Below are positions 28,376-42,893 of a stretch of 64,000 bases of DNA, piece after piece. This DNA comes from Acanthaster planci (lineage: Eukaryota): positions 4,165,374-4,229,373 of the forward strand of contig NW_019091355.1 of NCBI RefSeq assembly GCF_001949145.1, read 5' to 3'. The notes beneath the pieces are model-generated. The model was given only the letters and a program-made list of their open reading frames with translations. It searched no databases and was not told the DNA's origin. Each line of letters begins with the position of its first letter. Position 1 is the stretch's first letter. The position numbers and the translations under genes were made by a program.

Positions 28376-31300
28376 CAGCCCTCATCACTCGCACGAGTTA
28401 CTTTCGGCTTTCGCTCAATCTAAACAGGCCTCGTTTTTGTCCCCGCCCCACGCCTCCGTGTAGGAATTTAATTAGTGTTCGGGCAAACGCCAGCCGCTTG
28501 GAAGGAAAAAGGGTTTACATCTCGAACAGTCATACTTTGGACGGATGTCATCTTCTCCACGGTATCACAAGCATCACACTGTCACTTTGTCAGTGCTTCA
28601 GTCTTCTTGCCTTTTCTTGCTTCATACATTCATACGTGACTGGCAATTTTGGGATGAAGTGATGAATGAGTCTGCCAGAGAGAGGATTTTAAACTGTTCT
28701 TTTAATTTCTTGTCTGTGCATGTACGGCGATGGAAGCTTCTTCTATTGATCTTGGAGGAAATAAATGCGGAGAATGACTGCCGAGGGGGGCCTAATAAAC
28801 TTCAACTTCTAATAGGCAAACGTGCCACTAAATTAAGAAAGGCTCATCAAAATGTTGGCCACGATTGTGGCGGCAATTAATCATTGCTATCCTGAGAGAA
28901 ATTTCATTTGGAAGCCTGGGAACACTGCATCACATACGTGGCATTTGTGTACAGTGAAAACACGGCGAGGCTCGGGCGGTGCCACAGACGATCCGGTTTC
29001 CCCGGCAAAGGGATGCGCGCTGCCCGGCACCCGTAGATGCGCGACGAGGAACCGCCAAAATTCAATTTGTATTTCCCCAAATCAGATTGGCCCAGCTATC
29101 ATGAGGCAACGGTGAAAGACTTACAAATGCATTGCCCCGGGCCTGACTGGAAAGAGAGTGCTACAGGAGGGAGGGGGGGCCTACTCTGACTGCCGTGCGC
29201 ATCCATATATGTATGCAAACACATGAACGCAATATTGGTTTAACTGCAAGGCAAGGGATGATATGGATTTTCCCCATTCCAGAATTCCAAAAAACTATCC
29301 ACCCACTGACGTACAAAACGTGACTTGTGGGTGGTGTAGCCTCAACGTGCTCTGCCTCAGAACGTCGAAATGTTTGCCGAGCAATGATTCTGTCCTTTCA
29401 TTTTAAGGTAGATGAAACCTGTTGTACATGTACCTACATGTATAAACATCATTGTGACATGTGGAGCTTGAAGGTATCGCCTTCATGCATTAATTTGCAG
29501 GCCTACAACAGTAAACAGTGTGTATCTTTCTTCTCTGAATATTTGCCACAGTTTGTAAGTTTGTGTGATCGGCCTTAGCACCAGACTATCTTTGGTGAAT
29601 TGAAGCCTGTGCTAAGTGTTCAGGGGTTCTCACAAGGATATTTGAGCCATTTGAGGCTCTTCTCCATGGAAAATGAGCCACAATACTGAAAGTGGAGAAA
29701 TGATACATTATGCTCGATCTTGGGTTGGCAATTATAGAAATGTTAAACAAACAGCTGACTTGTCTATATGTGACACAAAACACAATATAACAAGCCAAAC
29801 ACATCGGCACGTTTCTGCGATAGTCCGATAATTCCTGTCAGTGTTTTAACATCTAAAATATTTGACACATGTATAATTAGCAGGCAAGTTGCATGTCGAG
29901 AAACAAAAAACAGTTGAGCAATTTGCATGTATGTTCTCACAAAGTTGTTTTTACCTTTCAAAGTCAAAAATGGATGGACGTTCAGTTTTGACACGAGAAC
30001 CGACGTTGATTTTCATTTAAAAACGGACATCATGCTAGGGTTCCAATCCAGTTTCATTCTCCTTGTGAAAGACGTGAAGAACAGGTTGTGGGGTGTTGAA
30101 GACATGGGGCCAAAAAAAAAGCAAAACCTTCAGGAAAACACAATGATCATGCAGATCACTTCCTGGCCCTGTTTACAAGCTGTTGTCTCACACCGTCTGT
30201 ACTGGAAAAAATTCTCACACGGTGTGGCACATAATGATCACTGTGACTTTGACACGTTTGGTGGCTGTGAGGCAAAGATTAGTCTTCTTGACAACAATTG
30301 GTAAAGAGTAAATAGGGACAAAGTGAAATAGACACCAAGTCTGGCAATACTTGTTTCATTCAGTGTAGATCTTTGACTTCAGACTCTAAGCAGAGGCATG
30401 GTTGAATTTCTTTTTTTCACCTGTTTTTAACAGTTCTTGATAAAGGTACAAATCCCACAACCAGATGCGTTACATGTATTTGTGTACAAGCAACTCGCGT
30501 TTTGTGTTGTTGTCGACATTACAATGTATTAACACATAAATACACTGATAGATGTATCCAGAAATGATTAGGTTTGAAATGTAATAACAGCTATCAAAGC
30601 ATAATGCCAACATCCGTGTCTGTGTCTTAGTTTGACCAGACTCATCACTGCACTCACCTTCCTGGTGTTGTGCATGCTTTGGCAACTGTTACTTGAAATA
30701 TCGCATCTAGATAAGATTACTGTAATTTGACTGGTCTGCAGACTTTGCCTTTTTTGACTTACTGGCAAAACACAACAGTCTTTGTTGACAGGTAACAATT
30801 TTTCTGCTTGCTGCGATGTGGGCTGCGGAGTTTTCGCATCAAACACGGCACCTGTGAGTTGGGCGACTTCACAGCCCCTTTTTCTTAGTGCAGGTCTACT
30901 TGAAACGTTTCAAACTGCAAACGAGTGAAGATGACCGCATGCTTCCTTACAAGAGCGGCGCTTTTAAAATGATTTCAATGATTTGAAAAGTTTCCTACAC
31001 TTTTCCACAAGAACAAAACACCATTCCCTCCCTCTACCCGGCCCCCATCAGAGGTTCACCATTTGTCCAGATCTGCTGCCAAAAAAATGCTGCAAAACCT
31101 ACAATTACATATCTGCTTTCACAATCGGAGGATCTCATCCTGAATTTCTAACTTCCCTGTGTTCTTGTTTTTGTTCATAAGTGTTGTTACCGCAGTGATG
31201 CACTTTGATCCTGACAGAAGAGCTCTGCAAATAGAGTTCTATAAATGCTCTATAAATGATTGTTGATAATTGTTATGACGGAAACTGTGTGGTACATGAA

Positions 31301-32620
31301 GTTTGTATGTATGACACTGGGCATTCATGTCCCATTGCATGTACGCTGGAAGCTGTTGGTGTTTCGACTTTGCAATGGGACCCAGGCATCCCTCTTAATG
31401 TGGGAAAAAAAACATCCTGCAGCAAGTTGAAACAAGAAAGTATAGTTGACAACAGCTGGGCTACAGTCAGCTCTCATTCAGCACTTCTGTTGTCTAAATA
31501 CAGGTTTACTTGCATTTTGCTGTAAATGTTGTAAAATTGGTTGACACTTTTTTTTCTTTTAAAAAGTCCTCAGAACTGCAGGTTCCCGAATAAAAAATAT
31601 GTTTTGGGTTTCCTCTAAATTTCTTAATACCTAAGAGGAACACAAGCACATAAATAACGGAATGTTCAGTGGGATTCCTTGCAGTTGGGTTGCACAAGGT
31701 GCTAGCAAAATTTACAATTCCACTTGGCTTATCATAATTTGGTGACTGGACATTTGCTTCTTTGAAACATTACACAATTGTGCAAATTCCGTACAGGGCG
31801 CTAATGAAGGCATTGCCTACCAGCATCTCCCCCTCTCTGAAGAGTGGACCCCCCCAAGTGAAAAACATCACCATACTGTACAAGTATGTATGTCGGTTTA
31901 CGGGCAATGAATATTGATTAATTTGTCCAGCAAAGTTTTTCCCAGGTTTAAACAAGGTTTAAGTAGGACAGTATGACGTTACTCCAGCACCCCCTAATGA
32001 CAAAAGGGGTTGTTGGTCACAATCATGAAATTTGTCATGAGTACTGATATTCCATCCACTGTGACACAGTTCAGTCCATCACAGGTCCTCAGAAGCCAGT
32101 CACAACTCACAGGACATTCATCTCTTTACCCTGAAATGCCCCCAGCTGCTGCAGGCCCGTGGGCTGGGGGGTTCAAGGAGTTCTGAGTTCCACTTGTTGG
32201 TCCTTTTTAGTGTACTGAATATTTTAAATAGACCATAATATTCGGCATACAAGCCATGGCTCATACGTTGATTCTCAAGCTCAAGGTGACCACGATTCTG
32301 CATATTAATGGGTCATGCTTCCCACCAGGATTTCTCCATGCTCATTGAAATATTAATATAAACTGCTAGCAGACCATGAAGGATGAAGGACACTTCCATA
32401 GCAAGGAAGTTTCCCCTGAAAAAAAGGAGAGTTGGTACAATAGACCATCTGACATTGAAGTACATGTACTGATAAGTAATGTTCACGATGTAACTTGCAC
32501 ACGATGAAGTTCTATAGATTCACAGTGCATGTATACATTTTTCATATTTATGTAGTAGGTCCTAATTCCTTTCCCTGAGCCACTTGCGTCACTCTATAAA
32601 TTTGGGATCTGAAGTCTTTC

Positions 32621-32722
32621 TGTCCCTGTTACACCTGACCTGTGTAATTTGACCAGGGATATAGAAATTGACTTCAAACCACTTTCATTTCGGGTGGCAG
32701 GTACGGAGGGGTAATTTGCATC
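32621..32722 (-). mobile_element. Internal fragment of the 26458-26707 MITE family
   Basis: TGTCCCTGTTACACCTGACC...GAAATTGACTTCAAA...TTCGGGTGGCAGGTA...ATTTGCA aligns with the reverse complement of ~26565-26666. Confidence 0.7.
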
Positions 32723-35650
32723 ACAGGCTCTCATTACCAGTGTTATAGCCAGCCGTATTTTAGTGCAGGACAATTTTAGTAATGGGAACTGAGGGAGTGA
32801 GGCAACTACAATTGTGCAGGTCATGGCCAGGGGTCCAGGGGCCCACTTAAGGGGACTCTAGGTCGCTTTTTTGGTGAGTGTTTCTTTCCAAATTGATTAA
32901 GAGTTCAATTTTTAAAAAATTCTTCCAGGTAAAAAAATGAAATTTTCATTTCACCCATGTTTTTTCCAGAGATTTTTAAGGATTTTTGTGCCAGTCAGTA
33001 GGCTGTTTCATCAAGCTTAGTGACGGGCGGTCGAACGCTGTGATGGAGATCCCCAACCGGTGTAGCTACAACACTGCTCATTAGCCTACACTCTTGGAAA
33101 TTAAAGAACGGGTTCTAAACTTACAAAATCATACGCCAGACGCAACGGGAATAGGAACAAATTTGGACCCCCAAATTTATAGAAAGGCCTATTTGTACAT
33201 TGCTGTCACTTCTGCAAGCCCTGAAGTGATTTTGCTGACAAGAACAACTGGTTTGGTTTGTCATATTCCTGCGTGTCCCCAGACAGGAAAGTAAGAATAC
33301 AATCCTTGCTCAAAGGGGTAACACGACAAAAGTACCTCTCCTTCACTTATTTACAGCTATTTACTCCTGACGTAAAGCCCCAAGAGTGCTACACGCACCG
33401 TATCCATTCCTATCCTGTGAATATAATCCTTGATCGTAAACCGGGCTAGAGGGAAATGTGCAAGGTCAGGATTTCCAGTGATACTGGTACAGAAACCACC
33501 ACTAGTCAGGATTTTTTTTATGGTTCCAGAGTGCATGACCTCCTGCCTTGGATTACCATAAATACTGTGGTCCTACCTACACATGTACATGTACATGTAC
33601 TGTGTATTCCTAACATGCATACACAGAGCTGATGTAAAAAACAGAAAGCTGGGCAGTAACAGGGCACTGTGAACAGAAATTTGTACAAGCCATCAATCTT
33701 ATTTTTTTATAGTATACAGTGGGCCCTGGTCAGAGATTAGAAATCTCCTCTCCCCGCAGAATCAGCCAGGAATTTTTAGCAATCCTGCCACACACATGGC
33801 ATGGGACAACAGCCTTGTCTAAAACACACGATGAACAGAAGCCGTCGGTAAAATGAAGGTACTGGTACACATACTCCGTAGCATCAGATGACAGGCATCA
33901 GTCAAACAACAACCTTCCAAAACATCCTTTCGGGAGTGCGCCAGAAACCAAACTTTAAAGTGGACCACTAAGCCCATGTATGTACATTATATACTGCCGT
34001 ACATGTACCATACATGTGGCCCACCTCGCCCGAGCATTGAAATTTCAGGTGCCGGTACATGTACATGTTTTTTTTTCCTGAAACAAGATCTCACAACTGA
34101 ACTAGTTAAACAAATGAAGCCAAAGATGAAACTAACAACACGATCACGGCTGGTATTTACTACAAATGAGACTTTCAATTCTAGTCTAAATTCTCTTGTA
34201 AAAGTAGTTGCTCATACAGAGATGAACAGAAGGGTAACAATTAATACAATAATGGACAGTTCATGTGCGGCACATTGCTCGCAAAATCTCGGTGCACTGA
34301 CGTCACTGTAAATGTACATGTATGCTACTTGTATTTGGGGGGTTTACGTCGTACCGGTGACTTTCAACCTCAAACACAATGAGCGCCAGCAGTCTCGTAA
34401 TGAACCTATTCAAGAGGGTATGGAGAAATAACGACTGTGAACGCCTACAAAACCCACAACAAAAGAGTTGCACAACACATCACGAGTCCCCCTTCCCCCA
34501 GCAAGTGCGGTTTGGCCTCGATAGCAGATTACAAAAAGCCAATGCCAAATCATGCCGCTCAGTGTAAACTGTAAATTGCATTCAGCCAACGCTGCCCCGT
34601 GACAATGTTGCCTTCAGCCACATAGACCTGTATATCTACACTGATTGTTATCAAATGTATTTTGCATGCACAATCTATTACTGCGGGATATTGCCTCATG
34701 TGACAATGTCATTTATAGTTGTTGAAGATTTCGGCTGTTGGCACTTAATCGGTTAACACATTACATCATATGCTTCTTATTCATTTTCAAAGGCCTGATT
34801 GCACTGCAACATACAATAAAGTCCAAAATATTTGAAGGACTGCTCCCACGAGTCCCAGTTTCAACTGTTCAACTCATCAAATGGATCCTTTTTATGCTTT
34901 ACTTTGGCAATGTTCCACCAACAAAATACAACTTTATGCAGGGACTGGACAAGGCAAATTACGGGGCTGTGATTCTGAAACCTTGTACATGTATGCAGCA
35001 CACGATCCCAAACTGATGAATTGGATAGTCTGTGTTTGCTTTACAATCTCAAGATTTTTTTTTTAAATGTGCTGTGTTTTTTGCCACTTGTGGACAGCAT
35101 TATTTTGATTAAAAACTTGATATTTTGGGTAAGGGGGGAGGCAAGAGATATCAGCCAACTTACAAAATGCCACAAATAACTAGACTGAAAACTGTAAGCT
35201 ATCCAAACAATGTTTCTCACCAGAACTCAGTCTTTTTTCAATACTCAGTGGCCCTGCTGTGGAGTGGTATTTTGATACGGTGAGTGTACTGGCCTATATA
35301 TAGGGCCCTGCTGTACATGTACTGTACATGTACATCTACGTGCACAGTTTACCTCCTAGGGCTTGCCAGACACTGTGTGGGTGTAAAAACAAAACAAAAA
35401 CAATTGGAACCCCATTGAAGCATGTGATGGGTACGTGTTTACGTGTACGTCAACTGCCAGAGACTGCATAAAGGCTTGATGGATTAACCACGGATAGAGC
35501 TCAAATGTTTCACCCATCAGCTACCCTGGAGATGTACCATGCCCCTGGTGCAGTACAATGCGACTGCAAGTTGGCACTGTTTAAGGTGGAAATTTTGTGA
35601 AAAGAATTCACGCACCCATTCAGGTTCCCATTTCACTAAGGGTGAAACTT

Positions 35651-35757
35651 TTTTCCCACTTGTGGGAAAAAGGCATGAAAATATTTCTCACTTGTGGGAA
35701 AAGGCATGAAAATATTTCTCACTTGTGGGAAAAGGTGCAAAAAATAGTTTCCCACTT
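35651..35757. repeat. 31-33 bp minisatellite, ~3.3 copies
   Basis: (TTTCYCACTTGTGGGAAAAGGCATGAAAATA)n. Confidence 0.9.
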
Positions 35758-37980
35758 TAGAAAATTGCCTCAACAAATTCACATGTTGTGAAATTAAAAT
35801 AAAAAGATTTCCTGGAAAAGAGAAAGCGTGACAAGGATTTCCCCTCTCCCTGATTAACTTTCCGGTACAACTGCAATGCGCTGCATTAGAATGGTTAACG
35901 TTTCTATTTCTAACACCTTCAGAAAGTCCGTTGACTTGTGCCAGGTGCCAGATGCCAGAAAACTGGAGGGTGGTTTACAAGTTCACTCATCGAGTGGGAA
36001 TTAAAAGATTATGGGAGGATCTACACTATGGCCTGCCACCGATGGGCAGTCAAGACACTTTACGCGTATTACATGGATGTTTGGCACACCTTTGAATGAC
36101 TGTTTATTCAAAGGCAGGATTTGGACAGACCACTATCAGAGTGAGAGAAAAAAAACTGTGTGTGAACATTTCGACTCATTTCCTCAATGTCACATTTTGG
36201 ATCATCCATGATGCAGGCCCACTCTCCTCTCCAAACCTCTTCAAAACTTGCAAGGGTTACTGAAGGTCAGGAAAGTCAAGAAAAAGTATAATGTAATCTC
36301 CTTTGTGTACAATCCCAGTGAGCTCAATTACTGGGCCAAATCATGTGAACAAATGGCAGATTAAGGCGGTGCAGGAGTACCTTACTGAATAGCCCAGGAT
36401 TAGTCCCTGCCTTGGTGATTGCTTCCATCAGATTACATGTAACTGTGTACCAGTAAACATTTACCCATGAGCATCTGTGAATTACCCACATTGACAGCCT
36501 TCTATTCAGACTATTATGACATTAGAAAAAGAAACATTTCAATTCGGAAAGTTTTATATGTACATTCAGAGCTGGGGACTGAATTGACCTTTCTAAAGAT
36601 TATTCACAGTTAGAGAGCCTGATGCTTTTATCTGAGCACAATCTCTCCTACGAGCAGAAACATGCAGTTTTTGCCACTGAGACAGATTCTGCAGAGATCA
36701 AAAGGTTACCGGGGTTGGTCCTGTAACTCCTTCAATCAGGGTATTTCCACTACAGCCAGCCCGCAGTATGCAGCAGCTTAAAATTACATTTTGCATTTTA
36801 CAAATTACCAATAAGTCTGCTTCAATGTCAGTGTGACTGACCTCAGTCAGCTGGTCCCAAATAGTCAAGTGGACTGAAGTCCACAACTGTAAAGAAGTTC
36901 CAGGGTGGGGATGGGTACACCAGTTTACATGTACACGTATATACATGTGCATTACATACAGGTACATGTATGGTACCAGTGCATGCGCAGTGTTCTTACA
37001 TGTCACCCTCCTTTTTAGGCTGAAGGTGTCCTTCACCCACGGATGTGTATAGTTTACACAAGAAGCCAAAACATACTACTGGTATATAATATGTATATTT
37101 AATATTCATAATGAACATGTATTTGATGTCATGTATTTAATGTATAGGTACATGTTCATTTTACACATGTACATGTACCATATATACAGTACATGTACAC
37201 CTACCGGTAAGTCTTGGCAACTCTGAGCTGCAAAGCACAGGCCTAGGCACTGTACGCAGTCCTACAGAAGTACCAGCCAAAAGTTCCAGAATATGAGCCA
37301 AGCATTTCCCCAATTCTAATCTCACAGCTTGTGAATTGCCTTTTGTTTAATTTTGGAAGAAAACTTTATAAAAATTAGGGATCAACCGATGATCGGATGA
37401 TTCGGCAACATTGGCAAAACATCTGACTGGCAAAATGTAACCTTCCTTCCAAACATAAGTGTCAATGTTAAATTGAAGGAACAAACTCTGCACTCAGTTT
37501 TGACAAACACAAATGCATTATGCTCATGAGCATCTGTGTACATCATCCACTTGTTGTTCCTCTCTAGTGGTGCCAGTGCTCGGTTAAAAATGGAAAAAAA
37601 AAATGGCAATGCATGCATGTACATGTACCTGTTCTGTATGAAGCCCACAGCTACTTGCAGAAACTGCCACTCTGATCAATATTTTCCTGCTCCGGCAATG
37701 AAGCATTAATAAGTGACTTTGTGGGTACAATAGCTACGCCCTTCGGTTCATGTGCGGCCTGCTATAGACCAGTGCCCATTACAAAACTAAACTAGGCGGT
37801 GGGCTTCAATGCGCTGTGAAGTACATGTACGTGTAATGGTACATGTACAGTACATGTACCTTCACAGTAAAGGCACTGTATCTGAATCATAGTCATGTCA
37901 AGGAAACTAATGTATGATTTACAATGTATTTTCTGTATTCAAATGACACACTGATAAACCAAATTTGTGTACAGTACATA

Positions 37981-38063
37981 CATGTACCGCAACATGTACA
38001 TGTATTGTGATACCGGAACATGTACATGTACATGTATTGTGATACCGGTACATGTACATGTAC
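37981..38063. repeat. Short tandem duplication built on CATGTA modules
   Basis: AACATGTA(CATGTA)nTTGTGATACCGG occurs twice, differing by one 6-bp module. Confidence 0.8.
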
Positions 38064-41000
38064 CATCTGGGATTGTTTGAAGAAAATTGTTTGAAGCTCA
38101 GTAAGAGAGGAGAGGGGGACAAGTCCTATGATATGTGGGGCTTAATGGATCCAATGATGGCTAATGTGTCAGTGATGGTTTCAAAACTGCACCCTCCCAC
38201 TTAGAAAATTGTTCCACTGCCGTTGGTGCGGTGGTTCTCATGGACTCTTTCGGTGTGTATCACATCCCGTATACAGTAGCATCCTGATATGTGTACATAA
38301 ATATGTACATTGTACCGGTAGATCCGGATTTACAGGTACATGTAGTTTGAAAAGCACACTACCACAGGCCAATGAGGATTCCCCTTTACACATTTGAAAA
38401 AATGAGGAAGCTGAAGGCTTACAAGCTGTACCGCATCTTTAATTAAATGTTGGGAATGTTGAACAACATTTTAATTTGATCTTGAGCTTATAATGCTGTA
38501 ATGCATTTCAGAAGATCAGACGCGCTTACTTCAAAACCTACGCTGTAAATCCTTTCTGAATGTCCATGTACGTTCAAATACATATATTCTTTACTGGTAT
38601 TTTTTTTATTTCAGTTTGTTTTGTAAAACCTTCTTCCTTCAAAGGAGACTTGAAAAGTTCAGCTGGATAGTCAACATTTTTCAAAATATTTTTAATTCAT
38701 GAAATCTGTGCACCAAGTACTCTTCACACATTGGCGAACCATTTAATAGTCATGACTCTGATAAATAATGCACTGAATCAATAAATTCACGGCTAAGTGA
38801 CACGAAATTTCTGGCCGTCTGCCTGGCTACAGTAATGCCATCACTGCGTCAAATGAAATGCCCATTTGCTTTGGTGAGAAGACTTTAGAGTGCGGCGTGT
38901 GAATAACGGCACCTCGTCAGCTGTCAGTCGCCCCGGAGTCTGTTGATGCCATGGCTTGTCCATGCCCGGTCTGTGCGAATTCTGCAAAAGTCGCAGATGT
39001 TGGCATAGAGCACTGATACTTTCAATCAACTGTATTCACATGCAACACAATCGAGTGTGCACTGTGTGGCTAAGATTATGCGGCCCAATTCAGCCTAATT
39101 CACTGTGCACAGCTAGGAAATTGCTGGGAATTTTCTTTGAAGGAAACTCATGGCAAAGTTTCAGATTTGCGCATCCACGTCTTGATGTAGGTTGTGGATC
39201 ATATTAATGGTACACGACAAAAGGGTCTTCAGCCAGACCTCAATAATATTTCCTTTTAAAAGATGCAAATTATACTGACGTGCAATTTCAGTGAGTGGAT
39301 TTCACAAAAAACACCACAGCCCAGCTACATGAAAAAAAAATTGATTTCAAAGTCCATATTGTCCCCTGGAGATGCTTCCACTTCGGGACTTAATATTCGC
39401 TGCGCCTGGAGACGCTGGCTGCTTTGGATCCATTCCACTATCTACCTCCTTCAGCTCTGTCAACTGGGTTGTGCATATTAACCACTGAGGGCCCTGGACC
39501 TACATACTGCGCCTATGTGCGCGTGTGTACATTGAAACCATGCTGCAAACTAACAATGCCTTGTGGTAATCCCTAATCCAAGCAGAAAAATGGGCGGACA
39601 ATGCAGACAGAGTGTGCGCTCCGATGAACACACAAGGACTTTCCGTTTTCTTTACTCTTTCTGTTCCCTTTCAATAACAGACCGCCTTAGTTGGCTATTA
39701 CCAGAAATGAAGTGGGCGAGTGCCCACTTCTAATTTTGCGAACCGATCACAATGACCACCACTCACTGCAAGAAACATGTTATGTGTGTACAGTAGAGAA
39801 CTCCGCGAGATGCATTTCAATAGTACATCGTTCATAGGTTGCGGTGCCGAGCCAGAACCGAAAAATCCACCTGAAATAAACCAAGCCCATGTCCTTGCAT
39901 CACATTCATGATAAGTTTTGTGCCATGCAGCCAGTTTAATCGGCTGTTTCATTTTTTGTATTAGTAGATGTATAAGTCACACTCGCTCACATGCACTTGT
40001 GATACAAGACTTCACTACTCAGCAATCACTGTTGCTGTACCAGAAAAGTGGAATGGAACAAAGTGTATTTTTTATTACACGCTACTTCCTATAAGTCTTC
40101 TTGTGCAACGAATGCATGCTCAAATAGGTGTTCATTGCTTGATTTCCTCTATGTGAAGGTCCATTTAATCACGTACAATTTACAGCTAACTTGCAGAGTC
40201 AAAAACAAAACCCCGTATGGATACCTGATTCTGAGTGACAAGGCTCTCTCTCTGCCATCCCAGAGAATATATGTCGGGGCTATTTATCACTTTCGGCCAT
40301 TATTTGGCACATGATGAAGAGAGCCACAATATTGAAGAGCATTTATCACTCGGCCTGTGTACGTAACCACCCCTAAAATAGATTCAGCCACTGCGTGTTG
40401 AGTTGCCAATGGATAACGATGCGGCAATTGTCGGCTCAACAATGGTCCCGGCAGGCAACAGTTATTCGCCCTTTGTACGCTGAGCAGGTTTGGTTTGTTT
40501 GTCCTGACCCTGGGTTCACAGTTTCTGACAGGATCCTTTTCTTCCGCGGAGAATACATTTCATTATTAGACAAATTTTAATGAAGCAAGGGCATTCACAA
40601 AACACAACATCTCGTTTCCTCCCTTTCTATGATGTAGAAACTGTACGTGTACATACATGTACGTGTGCCCTGTCTGGACACACTGCCCTGAATGAGGCTC
40701 TCCTAGTCGGGTTATACTAACACACGGTCAGTGCAGGTAGTTTTGTATTGTGTTTTCAATGGCTTCTGTTTTGTTGTGAACCCCGGGGAGTAAAGGCCAC
40801 ATATTTATGTGAACTTTCGTCACAGTGAACTCTGCTTGTTGTACCCCTGAGTACATGTATTAGCACATGTAAACTCTAAAGGAACTGTGAAAGCACACAC
40901 CATACCAGTACATGTACTGTACATGTATACTTCCATACATAAATGTACATACTGAAATATACACATGTACATGTACATCCTGGGTTATTGGGACTACCTG

Positions 41001-42699
41001 GTCTGTGTATTCCTACACAGGACAACTGAGCACATGTACAGTGTACATGGGACCAAAAGCATTATGAGGATAGATGTTTGTTCCCACAAATCAGTCCCAA
41101 CTGTCTTACCCCTAATATCCAATTAGGCCTACCACCACATAAATAGTGGAGGCGGCAGGAATCAGGTTGGTTGTACCCACTGGAAGTTTACCTCATGTGT
41201 AGACACTCCCCGTCATCCCAGGCTTTGACCTGAAGGTCAAACATCACACCAGGCAGACCTGCACACCTCCACACCAGACTTAGCAGGGCTACAGAATCAA
41301 TCAGTGCATTTGTGTGTTCCTCTGATATGTACCCCATTTGTGTGCATGTAACCCTGGTAATGTGATGTCATGCTTGTTGAAGATGTCCCTGGCATTCGGC
41401 AGTAAATTAGATCAGGATACTTTTAACTGGAGAGTCAAGTACTTACAGCACACAATAGTATCCTATTTTTCTTTTGTTTCTGAAAACTTTAACTTCCTCA
41501 TGAATCTACAGTACATGTACATGTACAATATACGTATAGTATACTTATCACTTGTGATACATGTACATAACCGGTTCATGCGAAGTCCGATAACAGAACT
41601 GTACTACATGTACATGTATGATGTAGACCTATGCATGTCTGGATTACTTTCTTGATACTGGTACAAGGAAAGCTCGGTGGAAAATGGCCAATATTACTTT
41701 TTTCTATGTCCACAGTTTACGCGACCAATGTAAGCTTTGTTACTGTTTAAACAGAATAGTGCATTGAACTGTAGCATGCGGCAACTGTTATCAAGATAGA
41801 AATAACAGAAGATATGAAGTTTGAACGGGAATGTTTAGAAAGGAAGATTCAAAGAACTTCACTGGAACCATTACTGTAATACTTTTAGTGCAGATATCAT
41901 GTGAAAATTACATTAAATTACACGCTCCGTGAAATGCCAACAGGCATCTTCCGAACATGAAGAGGTGCTGCAGAACTCTATCACTAATATTTGAGGCCAA
42001 GCGTTAGATTACCACCACGTCAATGCTCGTGAACCCCTGAATAAAAGATTAGTTCATTTAATCATTTACAAGATCACACACTACATGAACATGGATGATG
42101 AATGACGTGGTAGGTTGGCAAACTGATAATTTTTTTCCCCTCCGGTACTGAAGAGACAAGTCTGTAACAGGTATGCGCTCATAGACTGACATACTCTGTT
42201 AACAAATAAAACGAAATGCTTTGACCTGAAAACAAACAGAACCAGCCTATGGCTACAAGAAAATAAACACGACGTCAACAAACAGGTCTAAAATATGGAT
42301 TTACTTGTGCAAGGGGGTCATTACAATTGAATAAAATCTCCGGAATCTTCAACTTCTCAATGAGAAGTGTGTTTATGTGTAGTGGGTATGGGTTGTACAT
42401 GAGTTTGTTTCTGCATTCAATTGGGGACCTTGAACAATAGAGGACAATTAGGTCCCCGATTGACAGAGGGTCCCCGATTGACAACTGTGTACAAAACATG
42501 TGGGTGGTCTTCTAAAAAAAAGTACAAACAAAAGAGGAACAATAGGGGGTCCCCAGTTGCAGGCAAATACACACTTGTGCGTACATGTATGCTGTGGGCA
42601 GCTTTGCAATAGGCATCACCTGAAGTTGCGCTTAGTTGAATGCTTAAAACACAGTAAAGCTAATTTATATATTCATCCAACAGTGCATTTAGTGCCAAT

Positions 42700-42893
42700 T
42701 AATAATGAGAGAAGAAAATAATGAGGAAATGTTCAGTTTAAGAGGTGGGAGGAAAAGCCCGGATAAATTGTTTCGGGGAAAACCCATGGGTAGGGACTGA
42801 AAACCCAATCCACATGTGGACCGATCTGGATTCGAACCCGGGCCCTCAGAGGTGGAGGGTGAGGAAAGAGACATTACGCCAACCTGACTCCCC
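42700..42893 (-). mobile_element. tRNA-derived SINE (V-SINE-like central region)
   Basis: The minus strand reads GGGAGTCAGGTTGGCGTAATG (box A, 42881-42872) ... GGTTCGAATCC (box B, 42838-42828) ... CATGTGGATTGGGTTTTCAGTCCC ... GGGCTTTTCCTCCCAC, then an AT-rich tail. Confidence 0.75.

Noticed and set aside
41143..41170. Resemblance to the reverse complement of a tRNA 3' end
   Set aside because: Too short, with a broken T-loop motif.
42820..42893. Functional tRNA gene
   Set aside because: A and B boxes are present, but there is no intact cloverleaf and the sequence continues into a SINE body.
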